Positions 16,973 to 29,138 of a stretch of DNA of 64,000 nucleotides are shown here, piece by piece. This stretch comes from Planctomycetota bacterium (GTDB lineage Bacteria > Planctomycetota > UBA1135 > UBA2386). Location: NCBI GenBank assembly GCA_046349595.1, contig JAXMCA010000001.1, positions 1,186,522 through 1,250,521 of the forward strand. Direction: 5' to 3'. Numbering within the stretch: position 1 is the first letter of the stretch; every line of letters starts with the position of its first letter. Position numbers and translations under genes: made by a program. Under the pieces are notes generated by a model that worked only from the letters and a program-made list of their open reading frames with translations, was not told the origin of the DNA and did no database searches.

Positions 16973-18184
16973 ATGACATTGCGGTTCCTCGTCTCGCTCG
17001 CGGTCGTCACTGCCGCATCCCTGTCCGCGCAGGAAGGCGCCGACAGCGGCCTCGGCTTCCTCGACGCCCAGCGGTCCATCGCCCTGCAGTTCGGTGTCGA
17101 GCACAGCGGCTTGCTCGGGCTGGCCGTCGATGGTGCCGGCCACTTCTGGGTCTCGGCGCGCCGCCCGACCAGCGCCGATCCGCACCGCATCTTCGAACTC
17201 GACCGCCAGGGCAATCTGCTCGGCACTTTCGCGGCGCCGTCCGCGACCGCCGGGTCCGCCTTCGGGTTGCGCGACGGAACCTACGACCCGGCGACCAACC
17301 GCATCTACTGGGGCATCGACCCCGCCGGCGCGCCGCAGTCGAACGTCTACGCCTTCGACGTCGCGACCCGCCAGTTCACCGCCGCGCACGACATCCACGC
17401 GCAGGTGCTGACCACGACGATCCGCGGCCTCGCCTTCGACGGTTCCCGATTCTGGACCGCCGACTTCGCCGGTCCGATCACCGCCTTCGACGGCAGCGGC
17501 ACCCAGGTCGCAGCATTCGCGTCACCCTCCGACACGGTCTACGGCCTCGCCTTCCATCCGCAGCGCGGCACGCTGTGGCTCGCGTCGCAGACCGGGTTGG
17601 GCGACGCGACCACGCAGGGTGGGCCCAATGCTCCGGGTGTGCATCTGCTGGAGATGGATCCGCTCACCGGCGCGCTGACCGGCAACCGCTTCCGCGCCGA
17701 CTACCTGCTGCCCTTCGGCACCACCGGCGTGAGCGGGGGAGCGGCGATCCAGAGCCGCGGCAACGGTTTCGTCATCGACGTGCTCGTGCAGGGCGCACCC
17801 CACGACGGCATCGTCGAACTGATCGTCGACTCCGAGATCGGCGTCGGCTGCGGCGGCCTGCACCTCGCCTACGCCGGCGGCAATGCCTTCGCCGGCAACA
17901 ACAACTTCACGCTCACCCTCGCCGGCGCCAATCCGCAGGCGAGCTGCGCGATGCTGATCGGCTTCGACACCCTGACCAGCACGATCCCCGGCATCACCTC
18001 CTGCCCGCTGATGACCAACTTCGCCGGGGCCTACGGGATGGCGGGCTCCGGCAGCTCGCGCTCCCTCGCACTGCCGGTCCCCGTGGACGTGCCGCCGATC
18101 GGCATCGGCTTCCAGGTCCTGCAGTTCAACGGCGCCTTCCCGCTCGACCTCTCGCAGCTGCTCTGGATCTCGCTGGTGCCGTGA
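16973..18184 (+). CDS. secreted hypothetical protein (probable beta-propeller) with C-terminal G-x-G-C module
   Basis: Signal peptide MTLRFLVSLAVVTAASLSAQ. The C-terminus reads GVGCGGLHLAYAGGNAFAGNNNFTLTL...QVLQFNG. Confidence 0.6.
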   Translation: MTLRFLVSLAVVTAASLSAQEGADSGLGFLDAQRSIALQFGVEHSGLLGLAVDGAGHFWVSARRPTSADPHRIFELDRQGNLLGTFAAPSATAGSAFGLRDGTYDPATNRIYWGIDPAGAPQSNVYAFDVATRQFTAAHDIHAQVLTTTIRGLAFDGSRFWTADFAGPITAFDGSGTQVAAFASPSDTVYGLAFHPQRGTLWLASQTGLGDATTQGGPNAPGVHLLEMDPLTGALTGNRFRADYLLPFGTTGVSGGAAIQSRGNGFVIDVLVQGAPHDGIVELIVDSEIGVGCGGLHLAYAGGNAFAGNNNFTLTLAGANPQASCAMLIGFDTLTSTIPGITSCPLMTNFAGAYGMAGSGSSRSLALPVPVDVPPIGIGFQVLQFNGAFPLDLSQLLWISLVP

Positions 18185-18235
18185 GGGTGTTCCTCGCGGT
18201 TGGACGCGCAGCGATGCGCGAACTCCGCGCGCGCG

Positions 18236-19438
18236 TCAGGGCTGCAGGCAGGTCGGCGTGAAACGCGGCAGGTCGACGGCCAGCGCCTCGACGTACTTGA
18301 AGGCCGAGCCGGTGTTGAACAGCACCACGTCGTCGTGCGCACGCAGGCGACCGCTGCGCAGCGCGGCGGGAATCACACCGAGACAGGCCGCGGCCTCCGG
18401 ACACAGCGCGACGCCCTCCTCGCGCAGGACCAGATCGCAGAGCGCGATCAGCTCGCCCTCGTCCGCCGCGAGCGCGGCGCCACCGGTCTCGCGCACGGCG
18501 CGCAGCACGAGGAAGTCGCCCAGCGCCTTCGGCACGCGGATGCCGGCGGCGAGGGTGTGGGCATCGGGCACGTCGGCGCCCGCAGCAAGACCCTGATCGA
18601 AGGCCTGCGCGAGCGGCGCGCAACCGGTCGACTGGCAGGAGAACAGGCGCGGTCGCACCGGCGAGTCGAGCCAGCCGAGCTCGCCGAGTTGCTGGAACGC
18701 GAGGTGCATGCCGATCAGGCCGGTACCTCCGCCAGTCGGGTAGAGGATCGCGTCGGGCAGCGTGAAGTCGCACTGCGCGGCCAGCTCGAGGCCCATCGTC
18801 TTCTTGCCCTCGATGCGGTACGGCTCGCGCAGCGTGCTCATGTCGAACCAGCCCATGCGCTCCTGGTTCTCGCGCACGATGCGCCCGCAGTCGTGGATCA
18901 GCCCGTCGACGAGGATGGTCTTCGCGCCGTGGCGTGCGGCTTCGATGCGATTCACCAGCGGCGTGTCGGAAGGCATGAACACGAAGCACTCCATCCCGGC
19001 GCGCGCCGCGTAGGCTGCGAGCGCACCACCCGCGTTGCCGGCGGTCGGGACCGCGACACGCTTCACGCCGAAGCCCTTGGCCATCGACACCGCCATCGCC
19101 ATGCCGCGGGCCTTGAACGAGCCGCCGGGCAGACGCGACTCGTCCTTGATGCGCAGGCGACGCAGACCGAAGCGAGCTGCGATGCGCGGGCAGTCGAGCA
19201 GCGGCGTCTCGGTCTCGCCGAGCGAGACCCGGTGCGCCTGGTCGCGCAGCGGCAGCAATTCCTTCCAGCGCCACAGGTCGGCGGGGCGCGCGAGCACGGC
19301 GTCGCGCGTGACCGCGCGGCGCACCGCGTCGAGGTCGTAGCGGACCAGCAACGGCTTGTTGCCGTGGGTGGTCTGCAGGCGATCGGCGGGCAGACGGGAA
19401 CCGTCCGACGTGGACTCCAGGTGGGTGACGAAGCTCAT
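18236..19438 (-). CDS. thrC: threonine synthase
   Basis: The PLP lysine motif GGSFKARG, plus AVPTAGNAGGALAAYAA and TGGGTGLIG. Confidence 0.9.
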   Translation of the reverse strand: MSFVTHLESTSDGSRLPADRLQTTHGNKPLLVRYDLDAVRRAVTRDAVLARPADLWRWKELLPLRDQAHRVSLGETETPLLDCPRIAARFGLRRLRIKDESRLPGGSFKARGMAMAVSMAKGFGVKRVAVPTAGNAGGALAAYAARAGMECFVFMPSDTPLVNRIEAARHGAKTILVDGLIHDCGRIVRENQERMGWFDMSTLREPYRIEGKKTMGLELAAQCDFTLPDAILYPTGGGTGLIGMHLAFQQLGELGWLDSPVRPRLFSCQSTGCAPLAQAFDQGLAAGADVPDAHTLAAGIRVPKALGDFLVLRAVRETGGAALAADEGELIALCDLVLREEGVALCPEAAACLGVIPAALRSGRLRAHDDVVLFNTGSAFKYVEALAVDLPRFTPTCLQP

Positions 19439-19545
19439 GGCGGGAACTGCAGCGCGAGCATCTTCGAGTCCGGTGGGCGCCGCGTCGATGGAGCGGCACT
19501 TTGGCGTGTCGCCGTCCGGGGCCTTGGGGTACTCCTGCGTTCCGC

Positions 19546-20475
19546 GTGAACCCCGCGCCGAGATCCGCTCCGAACCCGGGCGCCACCGCCACCCGCGCGG
19601 CGTGGACGAGCCTCTGTGTGGGCGCCAGCGTGCTGGGGCTGAAGTTCGTCGCCTGGTGGCTGACGGGATCGGTCGCGCTCTACTCCGACGCCCTCGAGTC
19701 GATCGTCAACGTGATGGCGGCCACGGTGGCGTTGTTCGCGGTGCGCATCGCCGCGCGACCGGCCGACGACGATCATCCCTACGGCCACAGCAAGGCCGAG
19801 TACTTCTCGTCGGTGCTCGAGGGTGCCCTGATCGCGGTCGCCGCCGTCTCGATCGTGATCGCCGCCTCGGAGCGGCTCCATGCCCCGACGGCCCTCGAGA
19901 GTCTCGGTGCCGGTGCGACGGTGTCGATCCTGGCCTCGCTCGTCAATGCGATCCTCGCGGCCTGGCTGGTGCGCGTCGGTCGTCGTCTGCGCTCGCCCGC
20001 GGTCGAGGCCGACGGCCTGCACGTGTTCACCGACGTCGCGACCTCGGTCGGCGTGCTGGTCGGCATCGCGGTCGCGGCCTCGACCGGCTGGTGGATCCTC
20101 GATCCGCTGATCGCGATCGCCGTCGCCCTCAACATCCTGCGCGTCGGGTGGCGGCTGGTGCGCGACTCGCTCCGCGGCCTGATGGACGCCGCGTTGCCTG
20201 TCGACGAGCAAGCGCGCATCAAGGCGATCCTCGCGCCCCGCATGGGGGCGGCCCTGCAGGCGCATCATTTCCTGTCGCGTCGCGCGGGTCATCGCGTGTT
20301 CCTGCAGTTCCACCTCGTCGTTCCCGCGTCGATGACGGTCGGCGCCGCACACGAGATCTGCGAGGCACTCGAGCGGGCGCTGGAGGAGGAACTCGGCGAG
20401 GTCGACGTCTCGATCCACGTGGAACCAGAGGACGAGGCGGTCGCGCGTCCCTTCGTGGTCGGCGAGCGGTCGTGA
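19546..20475 (+). CDS. cation diffusion facilitator family transporter
   Basis: LKFVAWWLTGSVALYSDALESIVN...DDDHPYGHSKAEYFSS. I preferred the GTG at 19546. The track start, TTG at 19501, is also possible. Confidence 0.8.
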   Translation: MNPAPRSAPNPGATATRAAWTSLCVGASVLGLKFVAWWLTGSVALYSDALESIVNVMAATVALFAVRIAARPADDDHPYGHSKAEYFSSVLEGALIAVAAVSIVIAASERLHAPTALESLGAGATVSILASLVNAILAAWLVRVGRRLRSPAVEADGLHVFTDVATSVGVLVGIAVAASTGWWILDPLIAIAVALNILRVGWRLVRDSLRGLMDAALPVDEQARIKAILAPRMGAALQAHHFLSRRAGHRVFLQFHLVVPASMTVGAAHEICEALERALEEELGEVDVSIHVEPEDEAVARPFVVGERS

Positions 20476-20591
20476 TCGCGGGAAGCCTGGTCGGCAACAC
20501 GGTGATTCTGCGGATGGTCGACACCGGTCCGACGCGCCGCGTGACGATCCGCTGGTGAGATCCTCGCGGCGCACTACGCTCTCGGCCCCGC

Positions 20592-21401
20592 ATGTCCGAC
20601 CCCGCGTCCCGCGCTCGCAGCCATGGCCCTCGGACCTCGGCAGGTCGGGGATCCCGCGGCTGGTCCGCGGTCATCGCGATCCTGCTCGCATGCGCGAGCA
20701 CCGCCTGCGAACGAACGGAACGACGGGCCCACGCTGCGGTGGTCTTCGCCGCCGCGTCGCTGAGCGGTGCCTTCGAGGAACTCGCGCGTGCCTTCGAGGC
20801 GGCGCATCCCGACCGCCACATCGAGCTGCACTGCGCCGGCACGCCGCAGCTCGTGGTACAGCTGCGCGAGGGTGCGCCGGCCGACCTCTTCGCGTCGGCG
20901 GACGAGGCGAACATGCAGCGGCTGACGGCCGCGCGGTCGACGCTCGGTGCGCCGCGCACCTTCGCGCGCAATCACCTCTGCATCGTGGTGGCGCACGGCA
21001 ACCCGCAGGCCGTGGCTGGACTCGCCGATCTGCGTCGCGAGGGACTGAGGGTGGTGCTGTGCGGACCCGAGGTGCCCGCCGGTCGCTATGCGCGGCAAGC
21101 CCTCGGCAAGGCCGGTGTCGCGGTGCACTCGCTGTCCGACGAACCGAGCGTGAAGGCGGTGGTCGCGAAGGTCGAACTCGGCGAGGCCGACGCCGGCATC
21201 GTCTACGTCACCGATGCGCGCGCCGCGCACGAGCGCCTCGACCTCGTGGCGATCCCGCCGGAACACGACGTGGAAGCGCGCTATCCGCTGGTCGTGCTCG
21301 ACGGCAGCCCCGGTCGCGACCTCGCGCAGGACTTCGCCGCCTTCGTGCTGGCCGACGACGGTCAGGCCATCCTCGAGCGCTGGGGATTCACGCGCGGATG
21401 A
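20592..21401 (+). CDS. modA: molybdate ABC transporter substrate-binding protein
   Basis: VFAAASLSGAFEEL...DLFASADEANM...ADAGIVYVTDA. A lipobox-like LLAC is present. Confidence 0.85.
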   Translation: MSDPASRARSHGPRTSAGRGSRGWSAVIAILLACASTACERTERRAHAAVVFAAASLSGAFEELARAFEAAHPDRHIELHCAGTPQLVVQLREGAPADLFASADEANMQRLTAARSTLGAPRTFARNHLCIVVAHGNPQAVAGLADLRREGLRVVLCGPEVPAGRYARQALGKAGVAVHSLSDEPSVKAVVAKVELGEADAGIVYVTDARAAHERLDLVAIPPEHDVEARYPLVVLDGSPGRDLAQDFAAFVLADDGQAILERWGFTRG

Positions 21402-22162
21402 ATGCGCCGCGTCGTCTGCCCGCCGCCCTGAGGGTGTTGGTTCTTCTCGCGGTGGCCTTCTTCCTGTTGCCGCTGGTCGGACTGTGCTGGCGCGTGCCCT
21501 GGTCGCAATTGCTGACGCACCTCTGCAGCGCGGGCGCGGTCCAAGCGCTCGGCCTCTCGCTGCAGTGCTCGCTGTGCGCGGCACTGCTCTCCGTGTTGCT
21601 CGGTCTCCCGCTCGCAGCATGGCTCGCCGAGGGCAACTCGCGGCTGCGCACGCTGGTGCGGGTGCTCGTCACCCTGCCGATGGTGCTGCCGCCGGTGGTC
21701 GCCGGCGTCGCGCTGCTGCTCGCCTTCGGTCATCGCGGCATCCTCGGCACCAGCCTGCCCTTCACCGCGCTCGGCGTGATCGTCGCCGAGACCTACGTGG
21801 CGATGCCCTTCTTCGTGCTGACACTCGAAGGCGGTTTGCGTGGTCTCGATCGCCGCTACGCAGACGCGGCCGCCACGCTCGGCGCCGGTCCCTGGCGGAT
21901 CTTCCGCGCCGTCACGCTGCCGATGCTCGCGCCGAGCCTGCGTGCGGGTCTGCTCGTCGCCTGGGCGCGCGCGCTCGGCGAGTTCGGCGCGACCATCACC
22001 TTCGCCGGCAACCTCGCCGGACACACGCGCACCATGCCGCTGATGGTCTACGTCGCGCTCGAGACGGAGCCCGACGCCGCGATCGCGCTGAGCCTCTTGC
22101 TCGTGCTGCTCTCCGGCACCGTGCTCTTCACCCTGCGCCGTCAATGGTTCCCGGTGCGATGA
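21398..22162 (+). CDS. modB: molybdate ABC transporter permease
   Basis: AATLGAGPWRIFRAVTLPMLAPSL is an EAA loop. ATGA overlap with modA. Confidence 0.9.
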   Translation: MNAPRRLPAALRVLVLLAVAFFLLPLVGLCWRVPWSQLLTHLCSAGAVQALGLSLQCSLCAALLSVLLGLPLAAWLAEGNSRLRTLVRVLVTLPMVLPPVVAGVALLLAFGHRGILGTSLPFTALGVIVAETYVAMPFFVLTLEGGLRGLDRRYADAAATLGAGPWRIFRAVTLPMLAPSLRAGLLVAWARALGEFGATITFAGNLAGHTRTMPLMVYVALETEPDAAIALSLLLVLLSGTVLFTLRRQWFPVR

Positions 22163-23211
22163 AGCTCTGCGCCGATCTCGTGCTGACGCGCGGTGCGCTG
22201 CGGATCGCCGCCTCCTTCGAGGTCGACGCGGGACAGACCCTCGCGCTGGTCGGTCCGAACGGCGCGGGCAAGTCGAGCTGTCTGTCGGCGCTCGCCGGAC
22301 TGCTGCGCCTGTCGGGCGGCAGCATCCGTCTCGGCGAGCGCGTGCTCGACGGCGGACAGCCCGGGAGCTTCGTGCCGCCCGAACGCCGCGCCGTCGGCAT
22401 GGTGTTCCAGGATGCGCTGCTGTTCCCGCGCACGAGCGTGCTCGACAACGTCGCCTTCGGTCCGCGTAGCCGCGGTGTGGGTCGCAGCGCTGCCCGCGGG
22501 ACCGCCGCGGCGTGGCTCGCGCGTGTCGGCATCGCGCCGGCCTTGCACGCGTTCCTGCCGGCGGCGCTCTCCGGTGGTCAGGCGCAGCGCGTCGCGCTCG
22601 CACGCGCACTCGCGAGTGCGCCGGACCTGCTGCTCCTCGACGAGCCGCTGTCGGCGGTCGACGCCTCGGGTCGTCTCGAGCTGCGCCGCACACTGCGCGA
22701 GCACCTGCTCGGCTTCGCGGGACCGCGCGTGATCGTGGTCCACGACATCGCCGATGCGCTCGCGCTCGCCGACCGCATCCTGGTGCTCGAGGACGGCCGT
22801 CAGGTGCAGAGCGGCACGATCGGCGAACTGCTGCGCCAGCCGCGCTCGCGCTACGTCGCCGACCTGATCGGGCTGAACTGCTTCGTCGGAGTGTGTCGGG
22901 ATCGCGAGGTCGCGATCGGCGATGCACGGCTCACGGTCGCCACGCCGCAGGAAGGCGAGGTGCTGCTCACCCTGCACCCGCGCGCCGTCGCGCTGTTCCT
23001 GCAGCGGCCGGACGGCTCGCCGCGCAACCTGTGGCGCGCGCCGGTCGTCGCGCTCGAGACGCAGCTCGACCGCGTGCGCGTGCAGCTCGGCGGCGCGCTG
23101 CCGATCGTCGCGGAGGTGACTCCGGCCGCGGTCGCGGCGCTCGATCTGAAACCCGGCCGCGAGGTCTGGGTCGCGGTCAAGGCGACGGAGATCGCTGTGG
23201 TCGCGCGTTGA
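22159..23211 (+). CDS. modC: molybdate ABC transporter ATP-binding protein with C-terminal TOBE-like domain
   Basis: GPNGAGKS, LSGGQAQRVALARAL and LLLDEPLSAVD. ATGA overlap with modB. Confidence 0.85.
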   Translation: MKLCADLVLTRGALRIAASFEVDAGQTLALVGPNGAGKSSCLSALAGLLRLSGGSIRLGERVLDGGQPGSFVPPERRAVGMVFQDALLFPRTSVLDNVAFGPRSRGVGRSAARGTAAAWLARVGIAPALHAFLPAALSGGQAQRVALARALASAPDLLLLDEPLSAVDASGRLELRRTLREHLLGFAGPRVIVVHDIADALALADRILVLEDGRQVQSGTIGELLRQPRSRYVADLIGLNCFVGVCRDREVAIGDARLTVATPQEGEVLLTLHPRAVALFLQRPDGSPRNLWRAPVVALETQLDRVRVQLGGALPIVAEVTPAAVAALDLKPGREVWVAVKATEIAVVAR

Positions 23212-23310
23212 GCGCGGCTCGGCGTGGGGGATCCCTGCGCCGCGAGGGAGTAGGCTTCCCGCGCAGAGCGCCGCGTGTGTGGCGCCCGCCGTCCGCTCCG
23301 GAGGATCCCG

Positions 23311-23943
23311 ATGTTCCCGCTGTTCTCGCTGTTCCAGTCGATCGTCGCGTTGCTGGCCCTCTCCTTCCCGCATCCCCACGTGCCCAAGGCCATCGTGATG
23401 CAGGGTGCCGGCGGCAAGACCACGCTGATGTACTTCACCGTCCCCTACAACCCCGAGCAGGTGAAGAACCTGCCGAACGGCACCGAGTGGCACCTCGGCT
23501 ACGCGGCTCTCGAAGTCGGCATGCCGATGATGGCCGGCACCACGCGCATCCCGGTCGGCACCTACAAGTTCAACGTGCTGCACGACGCCGAGGGCGGCTT
23601 CACCAAGTTCGTGCTCGTCCCCGCCGACCTGCTCGCCGCGAGCCGTGCGCCGCGCGGCCAGCAGCCCGACGCCCAGAAGCTCGCCGCGGTCAAGGCGGAC
23701 CTCGCCGCGAAGGGCATCCCCGAGCGCATCGAGTTCGCGTGCGAGACCGTCCCCGGCAAGGACGCCGAACACTTCGGCTTCGCGATGATGACCGAGGGCT
23801 ACGAGGCGACCAAGCGCGGCAGCGCCGAGCCGAAGGGCGGTGCATCCTTCACCCTGTTCGCGAACTTCGGCAACCTGCACCGCTCCGCGGAGCTGGTCGA
23901 GGAGTTCCCGGTCAAGGAGACGGCGAAGGACGGCGGGCGCTGA
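23311..23943 (+). CDS. secreted hypothetical protein (DUF2911-like impression only)
   Basis: MFPLFSLFQSIVALLAL looks like a signal peptide. A GGAGGA lies 6 nt upstream. Confidence 0.5.
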   Translation: MFPLFSLFQSIVALLALSFPHPHVPKAIVMQGAGGKTTLMYFTVPYNPEQVKNLPNGTEWHLGYAALEVGMPMMAGTTRIPVGTYKFNVLHDAEGGFTKFVLVPADLLAASRAPRGQQPDAQKLAAVKADLAAKGIPERIEFACETVPGKDAEHFGFAMMTEGYEATKRGSAEPKGGASFTLFANFGNLHRSAELVEEFPVKETAKDGGR

Positions 23944-23961
23944 AGCACGCCCGCGCGCCGT

Positions 23962-24707
23962 TCACGCCTCCGTCGCGGTGAGCCCGTCGCCCGCCGTGAA
24001 GATCGACGGATCGATCGCAACCCCGTCGCTCGGCGGGATGCGCACCAGACACGCGCGCAGGTCCTCGGGCAGCGGATCGACCAGCTCCATCCACTCCCCG
24101 CTGCGCGGATGACGGATGCGCAGCCGGAAGGCGTGCAGGAACAGCCGCGGCAAGCCGAAGCTCTCGCGGAACCAGGCGTTGATGCGGCCCTTGCCGTAGT
24201 TCGAGTCGCCGAGCACGTGGTGGGCGAGATGGGCGAGGTGGCGGCGGATCTGGTGCATGCGGCCGGTGCACAGGCGTGCGACGCACAGGCTGCTGCGCGA
24301 CAGGTGCGCCAGCGTGCGGAACTCGGTGCGGGCCGGTTGCGGGTTGTCGTTCTCGTCGGTCAGCGGGCGGTCGCTGACGAACTCGGGCGGGGTCGTGCCG
24401 CGCACCAGCACCAGGTACTCCTTGCGCGCGTCCTCGGCGTGGAGGTTGACCTGCAGACGGGCGGCCATCTCGCTGCTGAGGCCGTAGGCGACGATGCCGG
24501 AGGTCGGGCGGTCGAGGCGGTGCACCGGGTAGAGGTGCTTGCCGATCTGGTCGCGCAGCGTCTGCAGCAGGACCGGTTCGTCCTTGCCGATGTTGCCGCC
24601 GCGGTGGACGGCCATGTGCGGCGGCTTGCTCACCACGACGAGGTCGTCGTCGAGGTGCAGGATGCGCAGCGGCACCGGAGGCGGTGCGTCCGGTGCCGTC
24701 GCCTCGC

Positions 24708-24711
<4 letters not shown>
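23962..24711 (-). CDS. RluA-family pseudouridine synthase (TruC/RluA-like)
   Basis: [11 protein letters not shown] contains the catalytic Asp motif, and [13 protein letters not shown] is present. The GTG start overlaps the gcvP stop (GTGA). Confidence 0.85.
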
Positions 24712-27590
<2,879 letters not shown>

Positions 27591-27670
27591 CGAGGGGCCG
27601 AGGGAATGCGGGCGACCCTTATAGGGCGGGGGTCGATCCGGCGCGAAGACACCCGGCGACGGGCGGTCTT

Positions 27671-29094
27671 TCAGCGGCCGGCCGCACGGAAGAAGGCGAA
27701 GACCTCGGGCAGCGCCGCCTGCACCACCAGCATGTGCTCGGCCCGGGGCAGGTCGAGGAAGGTGACGCGATCGATGCCGGCGCTCCGCAAGCCGCGGCGC
27801 AGGGCAAGGGCGCCGGAGCGGGCGAAGTCGCGCTCCGCAGTGCCGATCAGCAGCGGCAGATCGCGGAACACCTCGGCCTTGGTCAAGGCACCGCCGCCGC
27901 CGAGCAGCGCGACCTTGGCGAAGCGCGCGGGGGAGCGTTGGGCCGCGGCCAGCGCGGCCGCGGCGCCCATCGAGTGGCCGACCAGGAAGACCTGCTGAGG
28001 GTCGAAGTCCCAGCGCTCGCGCAGGGCGTCGAGCAGGGCCGGAGCGTCGGCGGGATTCAGGCTGCGCGGCGCGCACAGGATCCAGCCGGACTCCGCGCAG
28101 AGCTTCTGCGCGAGGCCGTCGCCGTAGCCGTCGAAGAACAGGTTCTCGCTGCCGCCCGCACCGTGCAGGGCGAGGACCAGCGCGCGCCGGCGCCCCTCGA
28201 GCGGGGCCGGCACGAACAGGCGGACGATCGTGCTGCGCGGACCGGTCGGCACGCACAGCCAGGTCTCGCCCGGCTTCGCGTCGCCGAAGAAGGGGCGGCC
28301 GGCGTCGAGCGCGGCGGCGACCTGCTCGGCTTCGGCGAGGAGTCGGGCGACGGGGAGATCGGTCTCGGCGCTGCGGCCGTCGACGAGGGTCGCGAGGTCG
28401 CGCAGCCGTCGCGCAGGGTCAGTCGTTCGAGCGCGGGCGCGGTGCCGTCGCGCGTCGCGATCGGCTGCAGGGCCTGCACGCGTGCGCCCGCGTCGTGCAC
28501 GCGCGAGACAGTCAGCTCGGGGAACGCCACCGCGTCGTCGCCGCAGGTGAAGCGCGCGCGCACCTCCAGATCGGCGTCGGGTCCTTCCGGGACGAGCCAG
28601 TCGATGTGGAAGGGCTGCGTCTGCGGTGCGGCGAAGTCGAAGCCGCGCCGCGTTCCGGCGATGTCGAGATCGAGGTGGAAGCGCGTCGCGGTGTCCGTGT
28701 CGTCGTCGGCTTCGAACCCGTCGTCGACCACGACGTCGAAACCTGCGGTCGCACCCGGTGCCACCACGTGCGACGCGGCGCGCGGGGTGAGCGCGAGCAG
28801 CCCGCGCTGCACTCCGCGGTCCCGACCCGGCTGCATCGCGAGCACGCCTTCGTCGAGCGCCCGTCCGACGCCGGCCAGGTTCATCGAGAAGAAGCCGGCC
28901 ACCGCGCGCTGCATCGCCTCGACCGCAGCTGCGCGCGCAGGCGCATCCGCAGGCAGCGCCGCGAAGTCGCGCTCGAAGCGCCGCAGCCGCTTGCCGAGCT
29001 CGTAGCGGACGGTGGATGCGTCCTGCGCGATCAGCGCGGCCGACGACATCAGGGTGGCGAACAGGGTGATCGTCGTGGTGCGGCCGGTCGGCAT
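27671..29094 (-). pseudogene. secreted alpha/beta-hydrolase (esterase) gene interrupted by a frameshift near 28397..28418
   Basis: The N-terminal piece (track ORF 28057..29280, real start MPTGRTTTITLFATLMSSAALIAQ at 29094) reads sensibly up to ...[12 protein letters not shown] and then becomes Ser/Pro/Arg junk. The other frame reads [23 protein letters not shown]...[30 protein letters not shown] and continues into track ORF 27671..28252, which carries HGAGGSE and the GHSMG nucleophile elbow. Confidence 0.7.
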
Positions 29095-29138
29095 CGGGTG
29101 CGCGAGAATAGCCGCCCGCGCACCGGACTTCGCTTCGG

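Noticed and set aside
20476-20591. Moco riboswitch upstream of modA
   Set aside because: The spacer is 116 nt and has no recognisable Moco-motif stems. A plain TACGCT -10-like hexamer 11 nt from the ATG is the only signal.
27591-27670. Glycine riboswitch upstream of gcvP
   Set aside because: The spacer is only about 77 nt. I could not find the conserved glycine-aptamer cores or a tandem aptamer arrangement.
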